Origin: Salpingoeca rosetta
Taxonomy: Eukaryota; Protista; Choanoflagellata
Assembly: GCA_033442325.1 (NCBI GenBank)
Contig: JAWQFM010000021.1
Location: forward strand, 531,413 to 595,412
Length of the DNA stretch: 64,000 nt
Direction: 5' to 3'
Positions 16,766 through 30,500 of this stretch are shown here, piece after piece (within the stretch, counting starts at the first letter, position 1; every line of letters starts with the position of its first letter). The translations under genes and the position numbers were made by a program. The notes beneath the pieces are model-generated. The model worked only from the letters and a program-made list of their open reading frames with translations. It was not told the DNA's origin and searched no databases.

Positions 16766-17271
16766 CTTAAACAACAACTTAAACAACAACTTAAACAACA
16801 ACTTAAACAACAACAACAACTTAAACAACAACAACAACTTAAACAACAACTTAAACAACAACAACTTAAACAACAACAACAACAACAACAACTTAAACAA
16901 CAACAACAACAACAACTTAAACAACAACAACAACAACTTAAACAACAACAACAACAACATCATCATCATCATCATCACCAATTGAAAAGGACCAGATGAC
17001 GCCCCCCGTGCACGCGTTGTATCCGCGAATGTTGAAGTCCCAGCCGCCAAACACAAGCGTGTTGTTGTCGTCGAGCGCCGGCGTAATTGACCCATACCCG
17101 CTCGTCACCTCATACTGCACCGTCCACCTGGCGATGACGATGGTGATCGTGGTGGTGGTGGTGGTGGTGGTGATGGTGGTGGTGGTGGTGGTGGTGGTGG
17201 AGATGAGGACGTGAGACACAGACAGATTGGATCGCAATGAAATGCAACGTTGCCCTGTTCTTGTTCTCCGC

Positions 17272-17365
<94 letters not shown>

Positions 17366-19020
17366 CACGTACTGGTCAGCGGTGTCGTTGATGGGGATGG
17401 CGTGGAGCCTGTAGTCATCGGTCGGCACATACAGCATGGACAGCGAGTTGCTCACTGCAGGTGCACTCCACACCGCGCCGCCAACCGCCACGCGGTACAG
17501 CTCCATCCCTGCCAAAAGGATAGGGTGGGTTGTGTGTGTGTGTGTGCATGTGTGTGTTTGTTTATATGTGTGTTTATATGTGTGTTTGTGTGTGTTTGTA
17601 TGTGTGTGTGTGTGTGTGTGTGTGCGTGCGTGTGTATGTTTGCGTGTGTTTGTGTGCGCGTTTGTATGTGTGTGTGTGTGTGCATATGTTTGTGTGAGTG
17701 TACACAAGAAAAAAGGGCGTGTGCGCAGTGTTTGTGAACATGCTCTCAAACTGCGTCTTGAGCGTCAGCCATGACAACAACACAGCACTACACCACCGGC
17801 GTACCATGGGCTTGGCTGAGGGCAATGACGGTGCCTGCCATGGTGGCAACGAAGATGACAGAGCCGTCCGAGGCAAGGCTGGCCTGCACATGCTGTTTGG
17901 TATCAAACGTCCACACACGGGACACGTGGAGAGCGCGCGTGTCGTACATGATGACCAAGCCATCCTCGTTGCTGGGAACATTAGGGCCAGGTGTTGGTGT
18001 GAGCGATGAGGGCTTGAGCTGAGCGAAACTGTGGCTTTTCAAAACAAGCTAATCGTGTAACAATCCATCATCATCCACTTGTGACCCCACACATGAACTT
18101 TAACCCACACACGCGCATACATACATCTCGCATGCATCCACCCTCACCCCCGCATACACACACACACACACACACACACTCTCTCTCTCTCTCACTCACA
18201 CACACCCTGCGCACGCAAACGCATACGCCAACGACGTACACGCACACACACACACACACATCTGCACACACACACGCACGCACGCACACACGCATACGCA
18301 TACGCCAACGACGTACACGCACACACACACACACATCTGCACACACGCACGCACACACACACACGCACACGCATACACAAACACACGACACACGATGACG
18401 CACACAATGGCAACGTGGTGGTCGTCCTGGAGAAGAAGGGGCGAGGCAGGGATGGCGGCGCCCGTGACATCGCGCCAGGCCAAGTACCCGTGTGCAGCAT
18501 CCAGCTTGTAGAAGCTGCCGTCCAGCGACGTGACGGCCACAAACTGGCCCAGGAGCGGCAAGCACGGAGTGGACACGATGGGCCCTCTCGTCGTCATGTT
18601 CCACAGCGACTCTCCCGATGTGCGGTCCAAGGCGTGAACCATGCCGCTGGTCGTGCCAAAGAAGATGGCGTCCTGGGACACGGCAAAGGAGCCCTCCACG
18701 ACACCCTGACGCACCTCAAACGCCCATTTGATGGTCGGGTGCTCGTTGAAGGTCATGCTCTCCATGTACCCTGTTCGATTCGCAAACCGCCTGTACTGTG
18801 GCCAAGGCGGCATCTGCTGCGACTGTTGTTGCTGCTGTTGCTGCGACTGTCCTTGCTGTTTCTGCTGCTGCTGAAGTTCCTGATGTTCCTGCTGTTGCTG
18901 TGCTTGTGCTTCGACACCCGCAACAGCCAGCACAACCGCCAGCAGCACAACAGCAGCCACAACCAGCATGCGCTGTGGCAGCTGCGCCACCGCCACCGCC
19001 GCTGGCTTTCTCCTCATCAT
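15834..19020 (-). CDS. PQQ-repeat (BamB-like) beta-propeller protein with signal peptide and probable C-terminal TM; 3' end lies in a gap
   Basis: [13 protein letters not shown] start motif; repeats such as [45 protein letters not shown] and [25 protein letters not shown]; hydrophobic [22 protein letters not shown] next to the gap. Confidence 0.75.
16698..16975 (+). repeat. Compound (AAC)n-TTA satellite in an intron of the PQQ-repeat gene
   Basis: AAC runs repeatedly interrupted by TTA, followed by (ATC)n. Confidence 0.9.
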
Positions 19021-19693
19021 CCTTGCTGGGTTGCTCCAAACCATATGTCTGTGTGTCGCTGTCGACAACGGTCCATCAATCAACTTGTGTTGTCGTATTA
19101 TGTTATACCAAAACAAGAATAACACGATTTTACCTGTTTTTTTTGTGGAATCATTAATGAATAATCGATGATTGCTTTTATGATGAAGCTGGCGTGAAAA
19201 ATTATCTTCGGTTCTCGAAACCTATACTGTGCTCTTTGTTGGTGTTCTTATGGCAAACCATTGTATCCACATGGGCGCATTAGTCGAACAACCCAATCAC
19301 CCGCAGAGAAAAGGTAACTGGTTTTTGGGTCGGCTCGCTCGGCTGCACACGTGCTTGCGCGCCCTTGTGCTCTCCTTCTTGCTTCTCGCCTGCTCGTGCC
19401 TTGCTCTTGCCTGGTGCTTGTGTGTGCCTTTTCTTCCCCAAATCTGCTGTCTGCACAACACAAGTAAGCTGCCGTGATCTCTTGCGCCCGCCCTTTTCCC
19501 CTGCAACTCGTCTGTGCAACGCCGATCCGAAAGTCGCTCTCTCACTCACACGCAACCAACCCCTCTGCGCTTCTCACCCCCCTTTGCTCTCCCTCTTCAA
19601 GCCGTCACCATTCCCCGCACCCTGAACTCCGTCTTCACCACGCCCTTCCCTTTGCACTAACTCTTTTGCACTCCCCCAAAACCCCTTCCAATC

Positions 19694-20395
19694 ATGAGGT
19701 GCGTCACGTCACGTCTTTGTGTGCCTGTGCATGCGCGCGCGCTCTTGTGTGTGTGTGTGTTTGTGCGCGTGCGTGTGCGTGTGCGTGTGTGTGTGTGTTT
19801 GTTAGCTTGTTGTTCGCACGCGCCGTGCTGTGGTGCGTGAAGAGGGCAGCTGTGCGTGCGCGTGCACGAGGTGCAATGCAGCCCGTTGTCCAGCCCACGC
19901 CAGAAACATTGCGGCACTGAATGGAACGAGGAACGAGCACAGCGATGCGGACAGGAAGCAAAGGGACAGCTTGTTGGAGAGATGAAAGAGAACACGTGGT
20001 GGCGGGCAGTTGATGTGATCGTGACGCCAGCAAGCGACGGGGATGTCGACCAAGATGAGATGACCCCTGCAGTGTGCACTGCAGTCGTTGATGTACCTAC
20101 CAGTACGAGACAGCTTTCGATGAGGACAACCCCGACCTTCTGCAATGATGCACACATGCACGCACGCACGCACGCGCACGTCGGCTGTCATTGTTGATTG
20201 TTTCCTTCGTCCTTGAACTGGTTGTCCTTGTGTGGTGGGCGTTGCACACATCAATACCACCACCGCGTCCACGACCACCACAAACTGCACCTGCAACGCT
20301 CACCTCTCACATCACCCACCCCTCACATCACACACACACACACACACACACACACAACACCAACCATCTTGTTGCTTGTGCAACCAACCTCCCTT

Positions 20396-20465
<70 letters not shown>

Positions 20466-21918
20466 CGCAGCTGGAACGCTGAGACCTCGGACAAGCCCGC
20501 CGCCCCCGCCGATGGCCCCGCCAACATGGCGCCCGAGGGCGAGATTGAGTCCAACTGGAACGAGGTTGTTGACAACTTCGACGACATGGGTCTCAAGGCC
20601 GAGCTTCTCCGTGGCATCTACTCGTACGGTTTCGAGCGCCCCTCCGCCATCCAGCAGCGCGCCATCGTGCCCTGCACCAAGGGCCGCGACGTGATTGCCC
20701 AGGCCCAGTCCGGTACCGGTAAGACGGCCACCTTCTCCGTCTCCGTGCTGCAGCGCATCGACACCACCCGCCCCGAGTGCCAGGCCCTCATCCTCGCCCC
20801 CACCCGCGAGCTTGCCACCCAGAGCCTGGACGTGCTCGAGAACCTCGGCCAGTACATGGACGTCAAGACCATGGGCTGCATCGGCGGTACCCGCGTGCAG
20901 GACGACATGGCCAAGCTCGAGCAGGGCGTGCAGGTCATCGTCGGTACCCCCGGTCGTGTCTTCCACATGATCAACAGCGGTGCCCTCGACGTGTCCAACC
21001 TGGGCGTGTTTGTCCTCGATGAGGCCGATGAGATGCTTTCCTTTGGCTTCACCGACCAGATCTACGACATCTTCCAGACGCTCCCCAAGGACGTCCAAGT
21101 CATCCTCATCTCCGCCACCATGCCCGATGACGTGCTCGAGGTGACCAAGCGCTTCATGCGCGACCCCATCCGCATCCTCGTCAAGAAGGAGCAGCTCACC
21201 CTCGAGGGTATCCGCCAGTTCTACGTCGACGTCGGCAAGGAGGACTGGAAGCTCGAGACCCTGAGCGACATCTGGAAGACCATCACCATCTCCCAGGCCG
21301 TCATCTTCTGCAACACCCGCCGCAAGGTCGACTGGCTCACGGAGCAGCTGCGCGCCCGCGGTCACCAGGTCTCCTGCACCCACGGTGACATGACCCAGGA
21401 CGAGCGTAACATGATCATGAAGGAGTTCCGCGCCGGCTCCACCCGCGTCCTCATCACCACCGATCTCCTGGCGCGCGGTATCGACGTCCAGCAGGTCTCC
21501 CTCGTCATCAACTTTGACCTCCCCAGCAACCGCGAGAACTACTTGCACAGGTGCGCACGAGCATCGTGTCGTGCATGCATGGATGGGTGTGCCTGTGCGT
21601 CGTGTGTGTGTTTCTATGTTCACGTTTGCGTCTTGTTCTTTGTGTTTCCCGTGTTGGTCACATGTGTTTTCGTTTTGACTCGTACATCACACACACACAC
21701 ACACACATCTGCCCGCACCTCACGCTCCTTCTCGTCCTCCCCCTTGCCATTCAATTCGCTTTCCCTTCCACAGGATTGGCCGTAGCGGTCGTTTCGGCCG
21801 TAAGGGTGTTGCCATCAACTTTGTTGCTGAGGACGATGTGCGCCGCCTCAAGGAGCTCGAGGAGTTCTACCAGACCCAGATTGACGAGATGCCCAAGAAC
21901 GTCGCCGACTTCCTCTGA
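19694..21918 (+). CDS. eIF4A: Eukaryotic translation initiation factor 4A (DEAD-box helicase)
   Basis: Exons 19694-19698, 20471-21550 and 21774-21918. Motifs [49 protein letters not shown]. Strong C-ending codon bias typical of a highly expressed gene. Confidence 0.97.
20009..20159 (+). ncRNA. Candidate intronic H/ACA-like snoRNA in eIF4A intron 1
   Basis: By-eye fold: hairpin (GTTGATGT/ATGTCGAC), AGATGA (ANANNA H box, 20053-20058), second hairpin (GTGTGCA/TGCACAC), then ACA. No guide target identified. Confidence 0.25.
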
Positions 21919-22820
21919 GCGCACCAGCCAAATTCCGCGCCGCGCCCCCACGCGAATTTCAGCTGCTGTGTGTCTCTTGGAATACCGGTGTTGGTGGTGT
22001 TGTAGCGTCGTCGCCTGGAGTCGTTGACTCGCCTCCTGTCCTGATTCTGCTGCACCGCCATCACGTGTCCCAGGCACCCGTCATTTCTCTTTTTCTGTTT
22101 CTCCTCCATTCCTTGATGTGTGTGTCTCCGTTGCTTATTGTTGCTGTTTGTTTGCTTGGAGTGGGGTGGTTTTGTTTCTCCTCCACTGTATCTTGCATGG
22201 TGTACCGTCATTCATCGTCGTTGTAATGTCACTTTTGTTGTCGTTGTTGTCGTTGAGCTGTGCCTTTTTTGTGTACAGCGCGCTTTGTGTGCGTGCACGT
22301 TGTGTGTGTGTGTGTGTGTGTGTGTGTGGTACCGAAAGGGTTGTTCCCACCACGCTGGTTCGCGTTTGCTTGCATGTGTGCACAAGTGACTGTGACTGAT
22401 GAAGATGATGGCAATGAGGTGTGCCTTGTTGTCTTGTCTGTTGCTACTGTGGCGCCCGCCTGTCCAGCACCGTGTTTGTGCTGCTTTGCTTACATGCACC
22501 ACCATAGGCCCCCCGAATTGACTGCTTCTTTGCGATCTGCTTGCGCCGCGTGTTGCCGCTACTCTGCTACTGTGCATTGTGCATCATTCTTCGAACGCTT
22601 ACATGTGGTGGTCCTCACAGCCATCCCATACATAGGTCTGTCCTTGTCCTACTATCCAAATTACACATTTGACCCACAAACCTCCCGTGTGTACGTGTGG
22701 CGCAGTGTAGGGTTGTGAGGGTGTTGCAGCAACCTGGGTGCATGCTTGCTGGCTGCTGATGTTTATGACGGCGAAGACCGACGAGAGAGAAAAAGGATTC
22801 ATGCACATGAAGAATGAAAC

Positions 22821-22934
<114 letters not shown>

Positions 22935-22936
22935 TA

Positions 22937-23458
22937 TCATGGTTGTGGCGTGCGTGAGCGCCAGGCAGCGAGTTGGGTGGCAAGAGCAGCGACAAAGCTG
23001 TCAACGTGTGCGGTGGTCGTGTAGAGGAAGACAGAGACGCGAATAGCGCCGTGCCGCACAGAGCAGAAGGCGTGGTGGTGTCGTTGAATGGCGGCTGCAA
23101 GGCGAGGCATCGTGGGCCAGGCGGTGTCGGGGTTGGATACGCTCGCGGGGCACACGGGCGCGTCGTGCTGCTGATCTGATGGCACAGGGGGTGTGAGACC
23201 CACAAAGTGCGGCGCGTGCGACCTGGGCACTTGGAAGCCAAGCTCCCTCGCTCCAACTGGTGGGAAGCATCAGGGGAGGGAGTGAGGGAGGTGTGCGTGA
23301 GTGTGTATGTGTGTGTGTGGGGGGGGGGGACAAACAGGCAGACAGACAGACAACACGGCAGGACACACAAACTGGCAGACTGAAGGCCAAAACAGACAGA
23401 CAGACAGACACACACACACACACACAGACGCACACACACATACACCCACCCACACACC

Positions 23459-23503
<45 letters not shown>

Positions 23504-23555
23504 ACACACACACACACACACACAGACACACACACACGCACACACACACACACAC

Positions 23556-23628
<73 letters not shown>

Positions 23629-24032
23629 TGTGCCTCACCAATGAGCCTGTCCAGCAGTGGCGTGCAGTATGCCGTGATGTGAGCAGGGCCCCACGTGGTC
23701 AAATGCTGGAGTGCATCGTGCAGCATGGGCACGCCAATGTAGTTTGGACGGCCACCGCTGTCAAAGCGACACGCACCCGGCTTGAACGGTGTTGGGTAAC
23801 CCATATCCGTCATGGCGCCAACCTCGTCCCACCACGCCTCGTCCGCGTGCTCTCTTGGTGTTGAATTGTGGTTGACAGCGGTGAGTGTGAGGGGAGGAGG
23901 AGGGAGGTGGTGGTGGTGGTGGTGGTGGAAGGGGTGTCTCTTCTGGCACTGTACGGAGGCGAACAGAGAGACAAATACACTCACACACACACTCACACAC
24001 ACATATATACGCACACTCACTCACAACACACA

Positions 24033-24112
<80 letters not shown>

Positions 24113-24494
24113 TCTCTCTCTCTCTCTCTCTCACACACACAACACATCACACACACCTCCGTCTGTCGTGAAACTCGAGAGGTTGTTTGGTAAGGAGGGC
24201 GTCATCGACATAGAGCAAGCTGAAACCGTACGGGCCCAGCAGCCACTTGTGCACGCTGCACGCCACGGCTGTTGGGTGCAGGCGATCAAGGGCGAGGGGC
24301 ACAACACCACCGCTCTGCGTCACATCCAATACCAGCGGGATGTTGTGCTGTTGTAATGTGAACGGGTGTGCGTGGCGTATTAGATGTACACGGGCGTTCG
24401 TGTTGAGCGCGGATGAGTTGCGAGGGACCACGGAGTACAAATACCAGGAGTGAAGGAGGCAAGGAGTCAATGAAGTGCAACCTCCACCAAAGCG

Positions 24495-24547
<53 letters not shown>

Positions 24548-25308
24548 ACACACACACAAGCAGACAAACACAAGCACCTCGTGGCAGTATGCTGCGATTG
24601 GGTCCAGGTCAATATGACTGCCGTCAGACCAGAGATAATTGGGCAGAGCAACGGCAGCAATATACCCCTTGTGTTGATCCAGGGCATTCAAGACGGCATC
24701 TGACCAAGGCTGCAGCGTGTTGTGTGCTAGTTGGTTCCGCTGGACAACCACCAGCGACGCACCTTCCTCCTCGCACACGCACTGCCACGGCATGACGTTG
24801 CTGGACATCTGCCCATGAAGCACGAGCACCTGTTGTGGTGGACCCACGGTGGGTGGATGCGGTGTGACAGGACGGGACGTATTACTGTGGCGTCAGTGAA
24901 GGTGTGGACTTGTGTCCACCCTTGCTCAACGAAGGAACGAAGACATGCATACCCACAGGCTTGTTAGCGCGCGCAAACGCAGATACACACACACACACAC
25001 GCACACACACATGCACACACACACGCACACACACGCACACACACGCACACGCACACGCACGCACACACATGCACACACACACACACACGCAACATACCCG
25101 TTGGCCTTGTTGGATGGAGAGCGAGCGTGCAATGAGCGTCATGGCGTAGCTGGTGGATGGCACCATGGCCACTGCGTGTTCGCGCAGGTGTGCCGCCTCT
25201 CTTGACAGCCCGAGAGCTTGCAGGTACATGCGCCGAATGTCGGTTATCATGGCCTCATTATCTGCACGCCAGCAGCACGACAACAGCAATCATGAGTTGG
25301 AGCGCAAG

Positions 25309-25366
<58 letters not shown>

Positions 25367-25842
25367 ACGTGAGCTGTGAAGGTGAGCGGTACCTGCAAAT
25401 GCCCAAGGGCGGGATTTTGTCCTGAGAGCCTCAATGCCAACCTGCTCGGTTGATTTCAGGAGGGGCCCCCTGCCTTGGGGTATCCAACAAGAAACGAGGG
25501 GAGGGGGGAGAGAAGAAACGTGAGGAGCTGAGGAGAGACGCGCGAGAGATACTTCCAGAGATGCTTCAAGAGATGCTTCACAAGCCAACAAAACGGTCAG
25601 GTGATCGATCTCGAGCCTCATGCTCACGTACACACGCACATGCACAAGAAGGCGTGTGCACGTCATGTTGGTATGCTAGCTGCTGCACCTGCGTTGTTGA
25701 AGTACAGCACTTGTCTGTCCTCTTCTTTGTCATCATCCACAAAAGCGAAAAGATGCCGAACATCCAATCCAGGGTTGTCGGCGTGTGGCGTCTCTGCATG
25801 CTCCTTCGAATCATTCATCCTGTCAGTAGGTGTGAGTGCCAT
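22937..25842 (-). CDS. PLP-dependent aminotransferase class V (cysteine desulfurase/selenocysteine lyase-like fold)
   Basis: LYFNNAG|[43 protein letters not shown] (PLP lysine), [16 protein letters not shown]. Confidence 0.85.
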
Positions 25843-26083
25843 GAGGTTTGATGTGTGTGGTAGCAGAGCAAGTTAACCCACCAGTGAACGCAATGCACAT
25901 ACACGCATCCTGACACACACACCACACACACACATCCACACATCGACACACACATCCACACATAGACACCCATACATCACACACACACACACATCATGCC
26001 ACACACAAACACAGACACACACATCACACACATCACACACTGCTAGTTCGTGTGTCCGTCTCCGCTTCACCTGTCACATCGGA

Positions 26084-26180
26084 TTTGAATCGTTGGCGCG
26101 CCAAAACTGGCCTTAAAGATGCATGGAATCACAATTCGGCGGATGGCGCCAAAACTTTGAAAGGACAAAAACCGCGCCAT
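26084..26180. promoter_or_regulatory. Cluster of E2F-like and CHR-like elements
   Basis: Palindrome TTGGCGCGCCAA at 26093-26104, GGCGCCAAAA at 26145-26154, TTTGAA at 26084-26089 and 26156-26161. Lies 5' of the gap that precedes TK1. Confidence 0.4.
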
Positions 26181-26184
26181 CAGC

Positions 26185-26235
<51 letters not shown>

Positions 26236-26950
26236 NNNNNNNNNNNNNNNNNNNNNNNNNNNNNNNNNNNNNNNNNNNNNNNNNNNNNNNNNNNNNNNNN
26301 NNNNNNNNNNNNNNNNNNNNNNNNNNNNNNNNNNNNNNNNNNNNNNNNNNNNNNNNNNNNNNNNNNNNNNNNNNNNNNNNNNNNNNNNNNNNNNNNNNNN
26401 NNNNNNNNNNNNNNNNNNNNNNNNNNNNNNNNNNNNNNNNNNNNNNNNNNNNNNNNNNNNNNNNNNNNNNNNNNNNNNNNNNNNNNNNNNNNNNNNNNNN
26501 NNNNNNNNNNNNNNNNNNNNNNNNNNNNNNNNNNNNNNNNNNNNNNNNNNNNNNNNNNNNNNNNNNNNNNNNNNNNNNNNNNNNNNNNNNNNNNNNNNNN
26601 NNNNNNNNNNNNNNNNNNNNNNNNNNNNNNNNNNNNNNNNNNNNNNNNNNNNNNNNNNNNNNNNNNNNNNNNNNNNNNNNNNNNNNNNNNNNNNNNNNNN
26701 NNNNNNNNNNNNNNNNNNNNNNNNNNNNNNNNNNNNNNNNNNNNNNNNNNNNNNNNNNNNNNNNNNNNNNNNNNNNNNNNNNNNNNNNNNNNNNNNNNNN
26801 NNNNNNNNNNNNNNNNNNNNNNNNNNNNNNNNNNNNNNNNNNNNNNNNNNNNNNNNNNNNNNNNNNNNNNNNNNNNNNNNNNNNNNNNNNNNNNNNNNNN
26901 NNNNNNNNNNNNNNNNNNNNNNNNNNNNNNNNNNNNNNNNNNNNNNNNNN
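26236..26950. other. Assembly gap (others at 15734-15833, 29344-29443 and 55017-55116)
   Basis: Runs of N, each at or close to a microsatellite. Confidence 0.99.
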
Positions 26951-27237
26951 AACCTTTTTGGGCCGTAAAAAACCTCGCCCCCCCCAAGGGGAAAGAGCGC
27001 GGGAGTTGGGGTGTTTACGCGTATTTTTTTGTGTGTGACCATGCCCAAGGGGGGAGCGCATGTGAGTGTGTTTTTATGTGAGGGGGGGGAGTATTTTGCG
27101 CGGATTTTGTATGGGTGAGAGAAGTGTGTCGGAGGGGAAGGACACGGGGCCCCCCAAAGCCCAGGCCAACCCCTCAAGACCTTTCCCCGGGTGAAAAAAA
27201 AAAACACAACCACCCGTTGATATATAACCCAAACACA

Positions 27238-27276
<39 letters not shown>

Positions 27277-27673
27277 GACCTGAGGGGCGCCGGGGGGATG
27301 TGACGAGGCGGGGGGTGGCGACGCCAGCAAAGGGGGCGCAGCAGCATCACAGCACGACCACTGTTCATCATCATCGTCGTCGTTGTTGAGGCAGAGCGCA
27401 GAGGAAGAGGAAGAAGAAGAAGAAGAAGGGAGCAGCAACAGCAAACTCGTGGGTGGCAGGAAAAAAGATGAACAACATCACAAAGTGTATTCTACCAAGG
27501 CAACAATTTTATTTTTCGCCGCAGCGCTGCAGCAGCCACTACCAAACGTTCCGTTTTTTTGGTGTGCGACACAGCCCACACAACCCACACAACCACCGTC
27601 ATCAGCAATAGGCAGGCAGGCACGCAGGCAGGCAGAGGCAGGCAGGGAGGGAGGATCAACGGGAAAATCAAAA

Positions 27674-27745
<72 letters not shown>

Positions 27746-27766
27746 GCACGCACGCGCGCACGCCAG

Positions 27767-28400
27767 GCGTTTGGGCCGATCCTGGACCTCATTCCGCTGG
27801 CGGAGAGCGTGATCAAGCTGAGCGCGGTGTGTATGCTGTGCCACCGTGAGGCCGCCTTCTCCAAGCGCATCGGCAGCGAGACGGAGATTGAGGTCATTGG
27901 CGGCGCTGACAAGTACATTGCCGTGTGTCGCGAGTGCTATCACTCTGACGGCAAGAAGCGGAACGGGAAGAAGAAGCAACAGCAGCAACAACAGCAGCAG
28001 AGTGGTGACACGACGTGTGTGCAAGGAACGAAGAGCGAGGACATGCATGCTCGCGTGAACGACTCGTTGGAGTCGACGACGACGGAGAGCGAGGGCGGTG
28101 ATGCTGATGATGAACACACGCACGATGACGGGAGCGAATCGGATTCTGCGTCCAGTGATGGATTTTCGGGCACCGCCTCCCCAACAGATGCCACGCCCAG
28201 CAAGAAGAAGGAGGTGCGGTGTGTGTGTGGGTGTGTGGGTGTGGGTGTGGGTGTGGGTATGGGTGTGGGTATGGGTATGGGTGTGCGCGCGCGTAGTGTG
28301 TGTGGGTGTGTGTTTTGCGCCGTTTCCCTGTGGGTTCGAGCATGTCTAGGGTGGTCAAAGTTTGCTCTTCAAAGGAAGCATTGTCCATCAACTCACCTGA
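27767..28400 (+). CDS. TK1: Thymidine kinase (TK1 family), 3' exons only
   Basis: [58 protein letters not shown] is the TK1 zinc/lasso domain. The P-loop exons are not visible and probably lie in gap 26236-26950. The last exon (28350-28400) is tentative. Confidence 0.88.
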
Positions 28401-28780
28401 ACTATCCACACCACCACTCATCACCACCACACCATTGCTGACTTCACATCGCCACAGTTCCACCCTCGCAGCACGCGCTCCCTCTTCACGGCCACCCGCA
28501 ACTAAACAGACGCCCTCCCCCCTATCACGTGTTGTGTGTGTCCATGTCTCTCACTGTACTCAGCTGCTGCTGAAACCCGTCTTGAAAACGATCCCGCTTG
28601 CTCCCCCTGTCCCTTTTTCACTTTTGTTTCTTGCCTCTTCCCTCCTTCTTTTGCTGTCATGCGCCCTCTGGGGCCGCTGCTGTGTCGATTGCGGTCGTGT
28701 CGTGTCAATCTTGTCTTTCGATTCCCCATATAAACTGCTCCCCTGTCTGTGCATCAAGCAGCCACAACACACACACACAT

Positions 28781-28816
<36 letters not shown>

Positions 28817-28825
28817 AAGAGTCGA

Positions 28826-29263
28826 TTATCGCGCGGACGCCTTGAGTAAGGCATCCACCTGCTTGTGCAGCAGCTGCTGCGTCTTGGAGTTGAAGAGGAT
28901 CGCCTGTCCTTGGGGAAGGAAGACCTTCAAGTACGCGTCCATTTGCGCTGTCTTGTCGCGCAGCTGGTGCCACGAAGGGGGGGGGGGATAGATGATGAAG
29001 GGGGTGGCGCCCGTGAGTGAGTGTTCAGTGATTGTCAAACACACACACGCACATACACACACGCATACATCCACACACAGGTACCTTGATGGTCTGTGTT
29101 TTAGCCGCACGCGAGAGAGTGGTGAGGTGCTGCACAAATCGAGACAGCGTTTGCTGTTGAACAACACGTGTGCAAGAAACGAGAGAGTGTGTGTTTGTAG
29201 GTGTGAATGATGCAGAAGGTTTCAGAATGGTGCCAGGAAATGTGTGCAACAAGGAGCTTCAGC

Positions 29264-29303
<40 letters not shown>

Positions 29304-29639
29304 AACGCACACGTGCACACGCGCACACACGCGCACACACGCGNNNNNNNNNNNNNNNNNNNNNNNNNNNNNNNNNNNNNNNNNNNNNNNNNNNNNNNNN
29401 NNNNNNNNNNNNNNNNNNNNNNNNNNNNNNNNNNNNNNNNNNNCGCACACATGCACACACGCACACACTTGCACTCGGCGCACCTGCAAGAGGACGATGT
29501 TTTCTGACAATTCCGCCACAGTGAACACTATTAAGCTGCGCATGGGCAGTTGGTGACGACGGGCAGAGTCGCCTTGGTTGGAAGGACGGAAGCAGGACGA
29601 ACAAGCGCAAACACGGTGCGAAAAGCATGCACACACACA

Positions 29640-29709
<70 letters not shown>

Positions 29710-30374
29710 TACCTTCCGTGTTGATACCACAGGACAAACTTTGGGCGATCCACGGCGCGTCCAGGCTCCATTCTGAAGCCGCCCTCAAGCGGTTGGGCCG
29801 ACACAGCCACCCTGTTGAGGTGGGGAAGTAATTGTTCAAAACAATTGACATGCATCAATGGGATGTGTCTCCAAGACACACAAGCTCACGCAAGCAAGCA
29901 TACTGCATGGCATTGCAAACGGCACACATTGTCAGAGCACGTACTCATCTGGGTCTGCGTTGGGGGCAGGAGGTGCACCTCGTTCAACTGCATACAGCCA
30001 CAATATAATCAAGCAAGCTGTTAGCATGACGCCTTGGGCAACGTGGCAAAATCTCCCACCAACACCAACGAAGAGCGCCATGGTACGCTGATGCTGTTGC
30101 ATGTTGTCTCACCTGTTCTCTGAAACGCTGCATCATCCCGTACCCGCTTGATTGTCTGCGTCGTTGACAATCAAGCCCAGCAACAACACCAAGAAACACA
30201 CAGTGCCAATGTGAGGACATAGCCACTCGCCAGGTAAGCGAGACAGACAGAGGGTTGGTGATGTCAGGGAACACACGAAAACAGCAACCAGCTCACGTGT
30301 TGCAAGAACGCCTCTTGCTGGTCCTTTGGATTCCTGTACTCTTGTCGCGCCAGCGTCTTCCACGATGCGCGTAA

Positions 30375-30416
<42 letters not shown>

Positions 30417-30418
30417 TT

Positions 30419-30500
<82 letters not shown>

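Noticed and set aside
20101-20110. CAGTACGAGA resembling the rRNA sarcin-ricin loop
   Set aside because: A ten-base sense match, not antisense; expected by chance.
26052-27444. Long ORFs across the N run, and odd sequence at 26951-27240
   Set aside because: The ORFs exist only because N produces no stop codon. The flank has homopolymer-rich, low-quality read character.
27278-27500. Exon-like acidic segment upstream of the TK1 exon
   Set aside because: No TK motifs and next to poor-quality sequence; it cannot be assigned and may be misassembled.
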